DNA of 64,000 nt from Pseudomonas phage BRkr: sequence record LC765218.1, one strand, 5' to 3'. Positions 17,698 to 27,588 of the stretch are shown piece after piece (position 1 is the stretch's first letter; the number at the start of each line of letters is the position of its first letter). The notes under the pieces are model-generated. The model was not told where the DNA came from. It searched no databases and worked only from the letters and a program-made list of their open reading frames with translations. A program made the position numbers and the translations under genes.

Positions 17698-18576
17698 TTA
17701 GTTATAATGAATTCTAATTTCGCCAACGACATCCTGACATAAAGTTTTATGTAACTCGATAACAAGTACATTTTGTATATCAGTACGCCCACTAAATCGA
17801 GGTAGTACAATGCCATTATAAATGATCCTGTACTTTAGAACCCCTATTTCTTCAGTATAAGCGATGTTGTGAGAAGCTGGTGTCTTTGATGCTGTCCAAG
17901 GTTTATTCGTCACCTCAGCGAGAATAGCGGCCATCTTCTTAGGATCTGGATGGGTACCAGCCTTTGTTAGATGACGAAGATACTCTCTATGTTCACTAAA
18001 GTCATATCCAGTGATGTAATAAGTACCATTGATCAGTGAAAGATCATTAGCTTTAACATTGTCAGGTTTACCTACGTCAGGGAATTCAACTTTACTGAAA
18101 GTAGATAATTCCTTTCGTAGCGTATTAATCAAACGAACCCGAAGAAAACCTACAAAACGAAGAGACTTTTTATTCGCATGGAGAATGAATTCTTGGTTGA
18201 ATACATTATACTCGGTATGTTCGAAATCATCTACATCAAAAACAATGTTATTTAACTCGGATAATTTTTCGACAACCTTTAAACTGGAATATGGAGTATC
18301 CACATTCGATAAATCAAGCACTTGGGTTTGTCTAAAAAATGTCGTCAAATCTAATCGATCGTACGTATAAGTATCGAGTTCGACTTCCGGTAGTAAGTTA
18401 CCGGAAGCCTTACTGCGATTTACACTTATAACAATACGAGTCTTGGTACCACCCAGTGATTCGAACTGTTCAAGCTTAGTACTACCCGGAAACAATTGGG
18501 TAAAACAAGCATCGTTGATCATGTCGATTATAGATGTCCAAGGAGTAGACTGTAAATAGTCTCTCGTAATGTACAT
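17698..18576 (-). CDS. hypothetical protein
   Basis: 292-aa minus-strand ORF, tightly packed with its neighbours. Confidence 0.5.
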   Translation of the reverse strand: MYITRDYLQSTPWTSIIDMINDACFTQLFPGSTKLEQFESLGGTKTRIVISVNRSKASGNLLPEVELDTYTYDRLDLTTFFRQTQVLDLSNVDTPYSSLKVVEKLSELNNIVFDVDDFEHTEYNVFNQEFILHANKKSLRFVGFLRVRLINTLRKELSTFSKVEFPDVGKPDNVKANDLSLINGTYYITGYDFSEHREYLRHLTKAGTHPDPKKMAAILAEVTNKPWTASKTPASHNIAYTEEIGVLKYRIIYNGIVLPRFSGRTDIQNVLVIELHKTLCQDVVGEIRIHYN

Positions 18577-18578
18577 GA

Positions 18579-20747
18579 TTACTCCTTAAGTTTCGGCCAG
18601 TTAGGGTCAGTGGAATTCTGATATTGATCCAAGTCGCCAGTTGTATTCGGCGAATTATTAGTTTCGATAACAACATTACTTACGTTAACACCATTTACTG
18701 GAATGTAATAATGGGCGTCAGCGTAACTAAGGTCTCTCACTTCTACAAATGGATTAATCCAGAACATATCCTGTTGACTATAAACGTAGTCGACGAATGG
18801 AGAAGTAGAATCATCAACAACACGATACGTATGCCCTGCCGACGTTCTATATGCTTTGACATTTTGAACAGCGACGTTGCAGATATAGTTACCAGCGGCA
18901 TCTACTGTAATATCCCCCACACGCGGCATTACCATACCAAGAATATGGAAATCGGTAAAGCTAACGTTACGAAGATATTGAAGAGGATAACTGGATAGAC
19001 GACCCATCAACCGTAGCAATTCACGTTGCACCTCACCTAGTGTAATAACACGAACCAAGTTGGAGCCAGTTGCAATATTGATGCAATCCATACACATCTG
19101 TTCTGCCTCAGTCTTATTTAGATTGAGGATATCGAAAGATGCTCTACGGAAATAATCTTCAAACTTGGTATTTGGTGGAGCCAGTTTACACATCCGATGC
19201 ATGTAATGGAACTTTACAAGTTGCTCACAATAAGCACGACCAGCAGGATGCTCCTGGAAAGAATACATTTCCCATTGCAGGAGATATTCTTTGTGTAAAC
19301 GGACACAGTCCAGATAGAACTGCTCAGTGGAGATATAGTTACCCATTGGGGTAACCATGTCTTGCACAGCAGTAATTAGACGGTCAGGGATAATACGTTT
19401 ATCAACAGCTGGTCGAAGTTCACCAAAGGTAGGTAACTTATCTCTTAGTACTTCATATGCTACAAGACTAGGGATGTTATCGGTTGGAATATCACGAGCC
19501 TTGGCATAGGTATACATCATCACAATGAAGGCATCTTTAACCGTCATGGTCATGAATTCGCCAGTCTTAGGATTAGGTATTTGAACATAAGCCCTATATT
19601 TATCACTTGAGGCCAAATGTAACCATTCGTTCAGCAATACGCTCATTAATGAACGTACAGAACTATTAGACCGGTCAATCACCTCAGAGTCAAGAACTTT
19701 AGTTCTAAGCCAACTGTATTGATCGGAACTCATCTTATCGGTGATATCTTGCTCAGCATCGAAACGAACAAGAGGGTTCTCTCTTGCAAGGTCATCTTCC
19801 CTTTCAAGAACGTCTGCCACAGATGTCGTTTCTTGGCCTTCTTGTACGACAGGGAAGTTAACGTCGTGTTTTATCATATCGACGGTTGGTCGATGCTGCT
19901 CAGGCATTTTAGAACTGTTTTGTTCAATAGTAAAACTGATCAACGGAATGCCACGAGGTGTAAGAATATTCTTAACAAGACGTTGCCAAATTTCCTTCTT
20001 ACCCGCATTGCGTTCTAGAAACGCAATGTTACGATATAACCATAAACGTTGCTCAAGAGAAAGATAGGGAATAAACTCATCCAACCCTTGGTGAGATGCG
20101 AGGTATTCCGTAACGTGATAACTATGCGCTTCGTTAGTCTTTGCATTCCGTAGACGAATAAGCATAATAGCAATAGGTAAACGGGTATATAAATGACCAA
20201 GGAAGTTTGCAAGGTATAGATCGTCAGTTAAATTAAACTGCGGGTTATACCAGCGAGTAATAAATACATTAACCCACGACTGAAGTTGATGGAAGAAAGA
20301 GTATTCATTATCTTCTACATACTTCGGATCAAAGTACAAAATATCCCCATCATTTGAATCTATTGCCGTTTGGATGTCAATTGGATATAAGATTCCAGTA
20401 ATCAAACCTGCTTGTTCTGGGAACTGTCTTACAAGGCTATTGTATAAAACGCTACCCGGAATATACTCTCGCGCAGTAGCGCGGTGAAGCGCCAGATTTT
20501 CTTTTGTGAAATCGATGATTTCAAGAGTATCCGCGGAACGAACTGTCATCATGACATCTGTTTCATGATACTCACCAGCAAGGTTCTGATAATATTTCCA
20601 AGTCTCCGGTCTTGCTGGATCAGCTTCATGTCCGACCTCTTTTAGGCGTTCATTAATCTGATTAGCTATTTCAGAAAACTTGATTACTACAGATCTTGCA
20701 AGTCTCATGACATCGTCACGGTAAACTCCAAAATACATGCTACTCAT
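18579..20747 (-). CDS. hypothetical large (722 aa), predominantly helical protein; possible virion component
   Basis: Long minus-strand ORF with no recognisable catalytic motif. Confidence 0.5.
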   Translation of the reverse strand: MSSMYFGVYRDDVMRLARSVVIKFSEIANQINERLKEVGHEADPARPETWKYYQNLAGEYHETDVMMTVRSADTLEIIDFTKENLALHRATAREYIPGSVLYNSLVRQFPEQAGLITGILYPIDIQTAIDSNDGDILYFDPKYVEDNEYSFFHQLQSWVNVFITRWYNPQFNLTDDLYLANFLGHLYTRLPIAIMLIRLRNAKTNEAHSYHVTEYLASHQGLDEFIPYLSLEQRLWLYRNIAFLERNAGKKEIWQRLVKNILTPRGIPLISFTIEQNSSKMPEQHRPTVDMIKHDVNFPVVQEGQETTSVADVLEREDDLARENPLVRFDAEQDITDKMSSDQYSWLRTKVLDSEVIDRSNSSVRSLMSVLLNEWLHLASSDKYRAYVQIPNPKTGEFMTMTVKDAFIVMMYTYAKARDIPTDNIPSLVAYEVLRDKLPTFGELRPAVDKRIIPDRLITAVQDMVTPMGNYISTEQFYLDCVRLHKEYLLQWEMYSFQEHPAGRAYCEQLVKFHYMHRMCKLAPPNTKFEDYFRRASFDILNLNKTEAEQMCMDCINIATGSNLVRVITLGEVQRELLRLMGRLSSYPLQYLRNVSFTDFHILGMVMPRVGDITVDAAGNYICNVAVQNVKAYRTSAGHTYRVVDDSTSPFVDYVYSQQDMFWINPFVEVRDLSYADAHYYIPVNGVNVSNVVIETNNSPNTTGDLDQYQNSTDPNWPKLKE

Positions 20748-20782
20748 GGTAATTTACTCACTTGTTAAACGAGGAGCTTCAA

Positions 20783-23479
20783 ATGGCTCGACAAACGAAT
20801 GAGGTAGCGTACCCAAAGTTGCAGACGCTCCGTTTAGGATCGAAAGCAACTCCGACTAACGCCCTCCTCAACCTGTTGCGTAAGGACCCGAACGCAATTG
20901 GCAGCGAAGCAGCAAAGCCTCGTGTGAACGTAAACCGTTTCACATTAGATAAGGTTTCGCGTGATACTTCGCAAGAGATCGTTGACTCCGACTCTATTAT
21001 GCAGTTGCTACCAGACCTAGAGTTGGTAGAAACAGTATACGTCGGTAGTATCATCGATCCTAAAGCACTTTCGGATACGGACCTCACATTCGCTATTGAT
21101 CCAGCTATCTTTGATAGCGAGATTGCAAAGCTTTTGCTTGAGCCAGTTGAAACGTACTTTAAACGAGACTATAAGATTGACGAGCGTCTGGACCTGATCC
21201 TTCGGGATTGCTTGTTCCGTAAGGGTGCTTCCATCTTAGCTGTTCTCCCTGAAAACGTTCTAGATAACCTTATTAATGGGCGTCGCCAGGTATCTATGGA
21301 AACTTTCTCCTCTATTAGAGATCGTGTCCAGAATACAACTAATGAAAACTTGGGTTTCCTTGGTCACCCAGATAAGAACAATATCTCTCTTGAGGGATAT
21401 CATGATAATGCTACAGCTAACCGTATTCGTGGAGATAAGCTCCTCACTGTAACGGATAACTTTAACATTCTCAAAGTTCCATCGATGTCACAACGTGTAC
21501 GCGAAATGAATATTGCGCGTAAGCTTCGCGGTAATCAGATCTCGATGGAAAACGCTGTTCATAAATTCGGTAACGCTGAAATCGAACAGCTTTATCAGAA
21601 TAGACTAGGCGGCACTGAACATACTCAGGTAATCACAGCTCCTAAGTACATGAATCGGCCTTCGGTTGGACATCCATTGACTCTCCCTCTTCCAATGGAA
21701 TCCATTGTACCCGTATTCGTACAGGGGCGCCCACATGAACACATCGGCTATTTCTTGTTGGTCGACCAACATGGTTACCCGCTCTCCAAAGACTCAACCC
21801 GAGATTTTTATGGTGAGCTTCAATCAGGTTGGAAAGGTGGTAAGAATAACGACAACAGTTCTGAAGTTCTACGCCTTACTCGGGAAGCGATGGGTGCTAA
21901 TACTTCTAAACAAGATTTCGAAGTGGATGAAATCCAGCAAACATACAACGCGATTATTGTGAATGATCTTAACAACCGTCTTCGTAACGGCATGTATGAT
22001 CAAGAAATTGAGATCGGTCTAACTGAAGAAATTCAGAGGATCATGTTGTATCGTTCTTGGAAAGCTAAACATACTCAACTGGTATTCATCCCGGCAGAGC
22101 TTTTAGTTTATATTGCATTCGACTATAACGAAAATGGCATTGGTGAAACTCTTCTGTCTCGCTCGAAGATTATCGCAACCATGCGTTCTACTCTTCTTAT
22201 GGCAGAAGCTATTGGGGGTATGCGTAATGCTGTTGGTCGTAAGCGTGTAAGTATTACTCTTGATCCCGACGATACAGATCCGGAACAAACAATCAGTAAT
22301 ATCCAATCGAATATCATGGAATCGGCGCACCGTAGTTTCCCTCTGGCTGCTCCTGACCCTACGCAAGCGATGGACCATCTGATTCGTTCTGGCTTTGACT
22401 TTGAAATCAACACCAATGGTGCTGACTACGCAGAGACAAAGGTGCAATACGACGATTACAATACCAACGTTAATGCTGGGAATCCTGATCTACAAGATCG
22501 CCTTCGCCGTATGCACATCTCGGGTATGGGTGTACCACCTGAGAAAGTAGACCCGATGTCTTCTCCAGACTTCGCTACTTCTGTGGTACAGAATGACCTT
22601 GTAATGTCTCGACGTGTTAAAGAGAAACAGAAAGCGTTCTGTCAACACTTGTCTAAATTCATTCGTGTATTTGTAACGCACAGTTCTATCCTGCGTAATC
22701 AAATGTACAAAATCATTCAAGACAACGTTGACATGTTGACATCGCCTGAACTTAAACAGTTGACAGTTGAAGAAGTAGTTGATGAGTTTATCACTGCCAT
22801 TGAGGTTTCTCTACCGGCACCCGATAATACTCAACATGAACGTCAAGCAGAATCGATGGATGCCTATGATCGACTTCTGACTATGGGCTTGGAAAACTAC
22901 ATCACCAGCGAACTCTTCCCTGATGAGTTTACTTCCATACCTGGTCTGTCTGACCAGATAATGGTTCAGTTGAAAGCTGTATTTAAACGTCAGTTTATGG
23001 CAACACACAACATCCTTCCAGAACTTAATGTTCTTACAGAAATGGATGGTGATAAACCTGCATTCAGCTTGCTGGATTGGCTGAACGTACAACAGGAAAC
23101 TGTTGGCTCTGCTATCCTTAGCTATGCTAAGCATCAACAAGAAGCTAAGAAGCGTCTTGAGGCTAAGTATAAATCTACTATCGATGGAGCTGATGATGTA
23201 GGTGGTGGTGACAGTTGGAACAATGACAATAATGACGAGTCTGGAGATGACTCCTTCTCTGATTTAGATGGTTCTGATACTGACCTTGGTGTTGATGGTG
23301 GTACAGGTGATACTCCAGCTGGTGATAGTGATATCACTGACATGGATGAATCGTCCAGTGAAAATACCGATGAAACTAATCCCGAAGATGAGCCGCAAGT
23401 TGAGGGTCTTGAAGATCCAATATCGGCTGCTGAACAGGATGAACTGGAAGACGAAGAAGATACATCTGACTTCCGTTAA
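20783..23479 (+). CDS. large virion protein with poly-acidic C-terminal tail; portal-protein candidate
   Basis: RBS GAGGAGcttcaaATG at 20783 (the ORF-track start 20762 lacks an RBS). 899 aa is about the size of jumbo-phage portals. The last 100 aa are D/E/S/G-rich (DDVGGGDSWNNDNNDESGDDSFSDLDGSDTDLGVDGG...EDEEDTSDFR). Confidence 0.3.
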   Translation: MARQTNEVAYPKLQTLRLGSKATPTNALLNLLRKDPNAIGSEAAKPRVNVNRFTLDKVSRDTSQEIVDSDSIMQLLPDLELVETVYVGSIIDPKALSDTDLTFAIDPAIFDSEIAKLLLEPVETYFKRDYKIDERLDLILRDCLFRKGASILAVLPENVLDNLINGRRQVSMETFSSIRDRVQNTTNENLGFLGHPDKNNISLEGYHDNATANRIRGDKLLTVTDNFNILKVPSMSQRVREMNIARKLRGNQISMENAVHKFGNAEIEQLYQNRLGGTEHTQVITAPKYMNRPSVGHPLTLPLPMESIVPVFVQGRPHEHIGYFLLVDQHGYPLSKDSTRDFYGELQSGWKGGKNNDNSSEVLRLTREAMGANTSKQDFEVDEIQQTYNAIIVNDLNNRLRNGMYDQEIEIGLTEEIQRIMLYRSWKAKHTQLVFIPAELLVYIAFDYNENGIGETLLSRSKIIATMRSTLLMAEAIGGMRNAVGRKRVSITLDPDDTDPEQTISNIQSNIMESAHRSFPLAAPDPTQAMDHLIRSGFDFEINTNGADYAETKVQYDDYNTNVNAGNPDLQDRLRRMHISGMGVPPEKVDPMSSPDFATSVVQNDLVMSRRVKEKQKAFCQHLSKFIRVFVTHSSILRNQMYKIIQDNVDMLTSPELKQLTVEEVVDEFITAIEVSLPAPDNTQHERQAESMDAYDRLLTMGLENYITSELFPDEFTSIPGLSDQIMVQLKAVFKRQFMATHNILPELNVLTEMDGDKPAFSLLDWLNVQQETVGSAILSYAKHQQEAKKRLEAKYKSTIDGADDVGGGDSWNNDNNDESGDDSFSDLDGSDTDLGVDGGTGDTPAGDSDITDMDESSSENTDETNPEDEPQVEGLEDPISAAEQDELEDEEDTSDFR

Positions 23480-23480
23480 C

Positions 23481-23516
23481 GACATAAAGCCCGGCTCAAG
23501 GCCGGGCAATATGTTG
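23481..23516. terminator. bidirectional terminator hairpin ACATAAAG-CCCGGC-TCAAG-GCCGGG-CAATATGT between convergent genes
   Basis: GC-rich 7-bp stem with conserved flanks. Confidence 0.55.
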
Positions 23517-23518
23517 CC

Positions 23519-24805
23519 TTAACCTTCAACCCCTAAAATTCGATAATATGCTGTCTCGTCTCTAAACGGATGAGCTGGATAACGTCCACCATCAACGATC
23601 TCTTGCTCAGGCCATGCTCGCGTATTAGCATCATAGGAATTCCTACGGTTTAATACAGCGCAGTAGACATACATATTTTCATGTTGAGGGATTATACCTT
23701 CATGGTGAGGTTCTTTGATTGTGTGATAATCTAGCATCCTACCATACGCACCAACGAGAGGCGATCTATCGTATTTGTTATCGAAGTAACGTCCAGGTAG
23801 ATTGAGATATTCTACAGCTTCGTATTCCTGGAAGAATGATTGGGAATCAACGATTACAAAGAAACTCTGACTAAGAGTTAAATACTTTCGGATAACATCA
23901 TTGTTTTTGAGTTCATCTACATTGAATAGAGTCGGGTTCTCTTTATCGAATGTTAATCCGAGAGAAGAGAGATCCATTGCGTGGTAAGACTCTAGATAAC
24001 GATCTAAAAACATCATGTTACCAAACTGAACTCTCCATGTTCTTTCGCCTACACGATTATAAACACTAGATAGAACGTTTAGATAACCGCCAGTAACAAG
24101 CAATACAGTTTTATTCTCGATGTCAACATTCTTAGGCATGGTTAGATAAGTACCATCCCACAAAGGGGCAGTGGGATTAAGTCCGCTAATCATATTGTCA
24201 ACAATAGGAACAAAAGTAAGCTTACCAATAGTTTCGAAACTGTAAACACCAATCTGATTATCGTTACATTTACGTAACGTCGTATTTCCATCAATAATCC
24301 TTACACCAGCACTGGTATAGTCACATAAATGGAAATAACCATTAACAGAGATCATGGAATAATCTCTGATCTTTGAAGGCTGATGTTTTGGATGAGTCAT
24401 AAGGAGATCTTCCTTATGGAAATCACTCCCTTGATCTAAAGGATGGCCTCCACGAGCAACTGGGGTAAAGTTATAACCACAGTGCCATGCTTGAGCATAC
24501 TTTACCAAACGAATTTTTTCGTTAGGTAGTTCTGCATCAAAAGGTAGAGCTTTATTACCTAAAGAGGTTAGCCACTCTTGAACAGTAACTGTTGGACCAA
24601 CATCGTTTAGCCAATTAGTAACATTAACCCAGTGCAGTGCTCTTGTTACAGGCTCACCTTGGCCAGGATATTGGATGTAGAGATAGATATCCCCATACTT
24701 CGCAGCTAGTGTAGTTACTAGCTCATTTGTAAAGTCCGCTTCCTGCCACCGACCACCTCGGCGACTAGGGCGATACCTAGAACGTACAAGCACGTACATT
24801 GTCAT
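23519..24805 (-). CDS. hypothetical protein
   Basis: 428-aa minus-strand ORF. Confidence 0.5.
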   Translation of the reverse strand: MTMYVLVRSRYRPSRRGGRWQEADFTNELVTTLAAKYGDIYLYIQYPGQGEPVTRALHWVNVTNWLNDVGPTVTVQEWLTSLGNKALPFDAELPNEKIRLVKYAQAWHCGYNFTPVARGGHPLDQGSDFHKEDLLMTHPKHQPSKIRDYSMISVNGYFHLCDYTSAGVRIIDGNTTLRKCNDNQIGVYSFETIGKLTFVPIVDNMISGLNPTAPLWDGTYLTMPKNVDIENKTVLLVTGGYLNVLSSVYNRVGERTWRVQFGNMMFLDRYLESYHAMDLSSLGLTFDKENPTLFNVDELKNNDVIRKYLTLSQSFFVIVDSQSFFQEYEAVEYLNLPGRYFDNKYDRSPLVGAYGRMLDYHTIKEPHHEGIIPQHENMYVYCAVLNRRNSYDANTRAWPEQEIVDGGRYPAHPFRDETAYYRILGVEG

Positions 24806-24834
24806 GTCTCCGTTAGAAAAGATCGGACAATCTT

Positions 24835-24849
24835 ATGTGAATTTCACAT
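24835..24849. promoter_or_regulatory. perfect palindrome ATGTGAA-T-TTCACAT in divergent intergenic region
   Basis: 7-bp inverted repeats. It overlaps a CTTATGTG motif and lies between the divergent genes 23519..24805 (minus) and 24894..27176 (plus). Confidence 0.35.
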
Positions 24850-24893
24850 CATTACGCTAACAACCGCGCGCTAGCGCTTTAAAGGAGGGCGCG

Positions 24894-27176
24894 ATGTCCA
24901 CCGTTAGTACAACCGGTCTATATGACGAGGATTTGCATGGCACTAACCCAGCTAACCTCATCACAGGGGAAATCCAAACCCTGCAAGTACCCGGCCCTAC
25001 CGATTATTATTTCATTATTCCGAAAGCGGCTCCTTTCTTTGTCGACTCTCTAAAAGTACGGAACAACCAGACCGGTGCTCTGTTTGTAGAAGGCGTCGAC
25101 TACATGATCGGTCACCGTTTCATCGAAGCAATGGATTCTATTGGTCGACCGATCGCTGGTTCTATCCGCTTCATGAAACGCTCTATCGCCGGTCAAGCTC
25201 GTCTTGATTATCGGACCATCGGTGGGCAGTGGGGCTTTAGCGACCAAGCCATTCTGGCGGAACTGTCTCGTCGACAGTACAACCCGCTGATTCGTGCATG
25301 GGGTAATATTGATGTACTCCCTGCCTCGTTCCCACCACTCGATCATGATCAACCGATCGATAGTCTTGTGGGTTCTGAAGAGATTAATGCTTCTCTTCAA
25401 CGTCTTGGTGATATCATGGAGGCTACCGCTTCCGGTACAACCGAGTCGCACTTAAGAGACTATGATAACCCGCACCGTGTTAACAAGGTGCAAATCCAGC
25501 TTGGTAATGTGCCCAACTTCTCTATGGCAACAGACCAACAGCACAAAGATGGTAATCGTAACGACATGTTTACGAACCCTCGTGGTGTACTGTTGTCCAT
25601 CCAAGAAAACGCACTCAAGCCTCTTAATGCACACATTGCCGCCACGGGTAACGTTCATGGAATGGTACCACGTGACATTGGTTTAGGTAACGTTCCTAAC
25701 TATCCGGCTGCAACACCACAACAGGCAGTTGACCCGACTAACAATAGTACCTTGATGACTCCGTATACGGTGTCTTTGCTTATCCAAGCAGTTCAAGGTG
25801 ACCCACGTCTGGATCAATTAATTATTGATTTCAATAAACACCTTACTGATACCAACCCGCACAATATCACCCCTGGTTTAATTGGTACATATACCAAACA
25901 GGAAATTGATCAGAAGATTGCGGCTGGTGGAAGTGGTGGTGATGCGACTACCTTTGGTGGGGAAACTCCTGAGGAATGGGAAGCTAAGTTCCCGCTCAAC
26001 AGCGATATTAATGGCATCATGGCAGAAGTGACTGAGAAGATCGGAGAAGGTATTGCTTCTTCGGCAGATATCAGTTTCAATGACCCGACTCCTCCAGACG
26101 AGCAAGATAAAGAACGTCTGAGTAAGATTCAAGGGGTTCTCGCCGGTGCAGCAGCATATGCGTTATTCAACGGTTCGGGCGATACAGTTTATCGCTCTGA
26201 ACCAGCGGGTGCCGATGCATATCCGATCACTTCAATCCGTGGTGCAGCTTGGTCTTGGTTAAGCCTACAGGATGCAGATTATCATCTAGTTCCAGCCATA
26301 CGTGACTTCCAGTCCGGTACTTGGTCACAGGGCGATGGTATCCGTTCAGCCGGTTCTGCTAAACTAGCAATTCCTGCTGGTTGGGCTGCTGGTGCTGGCT
26401 TCAACCAGGCAAATGCGATGGTTGCTATGTGGGGCTCTAAAACTGCTCTATATGTTCAACTAAAACCAAGTGACGGTGCAGATGAAGGTAAGATCATGAA
26501 GATCGCCGGAGGTACAGTAACTCAACTGTACGCCGAGTCTGACAATGTAACCGAAATGTGGGTAGCAACCGAAGAAGCGGATTCTCGTCAAATGGCAATT
26601 GTTGAAAAGTCCCCACCGTCTGGTGACCCGACTTATACAGCAATAGGTGCTAGTGATTGGGTTTCTGCTGCTACGCCTGTAATCGCTGCTCAATTGACTG
26701 GCGGCTGGGAAATCTCCGATATCCGGATTGGTTCCAAGTATCTAGTATTCCAAGGTGGTAATACCACTAATGGAAATGCTAGTCGAATCCGTGTGTATGA
26801 GATTACATATACGCCTACATTTAAATTGACTGAAGTCACTTCTACTCTCGATGTTTGGTCAGCGAAAGATAATCGTTTGGTCAAAGCAAACACCCTAACC
26901 GATGTGAGTTCTATCTCTGGCAACTATGGACACCACGCCGTTCAGATTCGACGTGATCCATCTAGCCTTGAGAATATGGATACAGACATCGCTATGTTCG
27001 GTTCCAACGAGAATGGACAGTTAGAAATTCCTTACGGGTCAGCACCTTTCTATAGTGCGGCTGCTGGTAAAGGTTTCACTGTTACAGTAAACAATCTTGG
27101 TTATACCGAATTCTGGGGTGATTCTCCGACCAATGCTCTCATCTGGAATGATGGGACGACTATTGTCGCGCCCTAA
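24894..27176 (+). CDS. tail fibre protein (paralog 1) with T4 gp12/gp34/gp37-type phage tail-fibre repeats
   Basis: 760 aa. RBS AAAGGAGGgcgcgATG. Repeats of the type NPH..K....LGNVPN...AT..Q and NVHGMVPRDIGLGNVPNYPAATPQQA. N-terminal domain shared with the three downstream fibre genes. Confidence 0.6.
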   Translation: MSTVSTTGLYDEDLHGTNPANLITGEIQTLQVPGPTDYYFIIPKAAPFFVDSLKVRNNQTGALFVEGVDYMIGHRFIEAMDSIGRPIAGSIRFMKRSIAGQARLDYRTIGGQWGFSDQAILAELSRRQYNPLIRAWGNIDVLPASFPPLDHDQPIDSLVGSEEINASLQRLGDIMEATASGTTESHLRDYDNPHRVNKVQIQLGNVPNFSMATDQQHKDGNRNDMFTNPRGVLLSIQENALKPLNAHIAATGNVHGMVPRDIGLGNVPNYPAATPQQAVDPTNNSTLMTPYTVSLLIQAVQGDPRLDQLIIDFNKHLTDTNPHNITPGLIGTYTKQEIDQKIAAGGSGGDATTFGGETPEEWEAKFPLNSDINGIMAEVTEKIGEGIASSADISFNDPTPPDEQDKERLSKIQGVLAGAAAYALFNGSGDTVYRSEPAGADAYPITSIRGAAWSWLSLQDADYHLVPAIRDFQSGTWSQGDGIRSAGSAKLAIPAGWAAGAGFNQANAMVAMWGSKTALYVQLKPSDGADEGKIMKIAGGTVTQLYAESDNVTEMWVATEEADSRQMAIVEKSPPSGDPTYTAIGASDWVSAATPVIAAQLTGGWEISDIRIGSKYLVFQGGNTTNGNASRIRVYEITYTPTFKLTEVTSTLDVWSAKDNRLVKANTLTDVSSISGNYGHHAVQIRRDPSSLENMDTDIAMFGSNENGQLEIPYGSAPFYSAAAGKGFTVTVNNLGYTEFWGDSPTNALIWNDGTTIVAP

Positions 27177-27187
27177 GGAGACTTAAG

Positions 27188-27511
27188 ATGGCTATGACAG
27201 TATTTCGTGTCGAACTCGATAAGCTGAAAGGCAATATCGGTCAGTTTAATAACATCATTCTCAACCTACTCCGTAGTGCTCGGGATCGTATGAACGCACA
27301 CATCCTTGAAAAAGGTAACGTTCATGGACTTGAGCCTAGAGATATTGGTTTAGGTAATGTCCCTGACTGGCTACCGGCACAGCAAGCACAAGCTAAAGGT
27401 GGAACGAATAACTCTTCGTTCATGACACCTAAACGGGTAGACAACTACGCTGAGGAGAATATCTTCAAAGCGATAGAGAAAGTGTTTAACGACGCTTACG
27501 ATCGTTTGTAA
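27188..27511 (+). CDS. small ORF carrying one isolated tail-fibre repeat (fibre-associated protein or recombination remnant)
   Basis: 107 aa. NAHILEKGNVHGLEPRDIGLGNVPDWLPAQQAQA is nearly identical to the repeat NAHIAATGNVHGMVPRDIGLGNVPNYPAATPQQA in the upstream fibre gene. Confidence 0.4.
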   Translation: MAMTVFRVELDKLKGNIGQFNNIILNLLRSARDRMNAHILEKGNVHGLEPRDIGLGNVPDWLPAQQAQAKGGTNNSSFMTPKRVDNYAEENIFKAIEKVFNDAYDRL

Positions 27512-27588
27512 CCTACCCTGGCAACGGATGGAATCACTGTGTGTAAAAGCACGGTGGTTCCGTCTTTTGTTCAATTTGGAGAATTTAA

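Noticed and set aside
18579-20747. 722-aa plus 292-aa minus-strand pair as tail sheath and tube (sizes resemble phiKZ gp29/gp30)
   Set aside because: Only the lengths match. The 722-aa protein is helix-rich (L/R/E-rich) rather than the beta-rich, G/T/S/V-rich composition expected for sheath proteins. Left as hypothetical.
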